Of a stretch of 60,412 nucleotides of DNA, positions 60,378 through 60,412 are shown piece by piece. The notes below the pieces were generated by a model. It was not told the origin of the DNA, ran no database searches, and saw nothing but the letters and a program-made list of their open reading frames with translations. Source of the stretch: Octopus bimaculoides (lineage: Eukaryota); contig NC_068983.1 in assembly GCF_001194135.2 (NCBI RefSeq), positions 78,375,014-78,435,425 on the forward strand. The letters run 5' to 3'. Made by a program: the position numbers and the translations under genes. The number at the start of each line of letters is the position of its first letter. Within the stretch, counting starts at the first letter, position 1.

Positions 60378-60412
<35 letters not shown>

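Overview
AT-rich, microsatellite-saturated eukaryotic draft-assembly sequence with 13 N-gaps. The repeat families resemble the octopus tRNA-derived SINEs and RTE/Dong LINEs I recall, so an Octopus (coleoid cephalopod) intron or intergenic region is my inference. No host protein-coding gene, rRNA, true tRNA or CRISPR array can be supported; most ORFs in the supplied track are microsatellite or gap artefacts. The window is mainly a record of layered transposon insertions: a near-complete but dead Chapaev3-type (RAG1/Transib-like DDE) transposase (863-2549), RTE and Dong/R4 LINE fragments, an isolated LINE ORF1-like fragment, a deleted mariner carrying a hAT MITE with an exact 8-bp TSD, a Helitron with both termini and a Pif1-helicase remnant, a solo LTR inside an RTE reverse transcriptase, several MITEs and at least four SINE families. 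The most unusual observations are a 132-nt near-perfect hairpin in unique sequence (19573-19704), a four-copy head-to-tail SINE array joined by one conserved 16-bp linker (27156-28030), a decayed 39-bp repeat with a coherent 13-aa reading (48725-49030) and a locally templated 50-bp palindrome (38551-38600). I found no clear evidence of a wholly new biological system.
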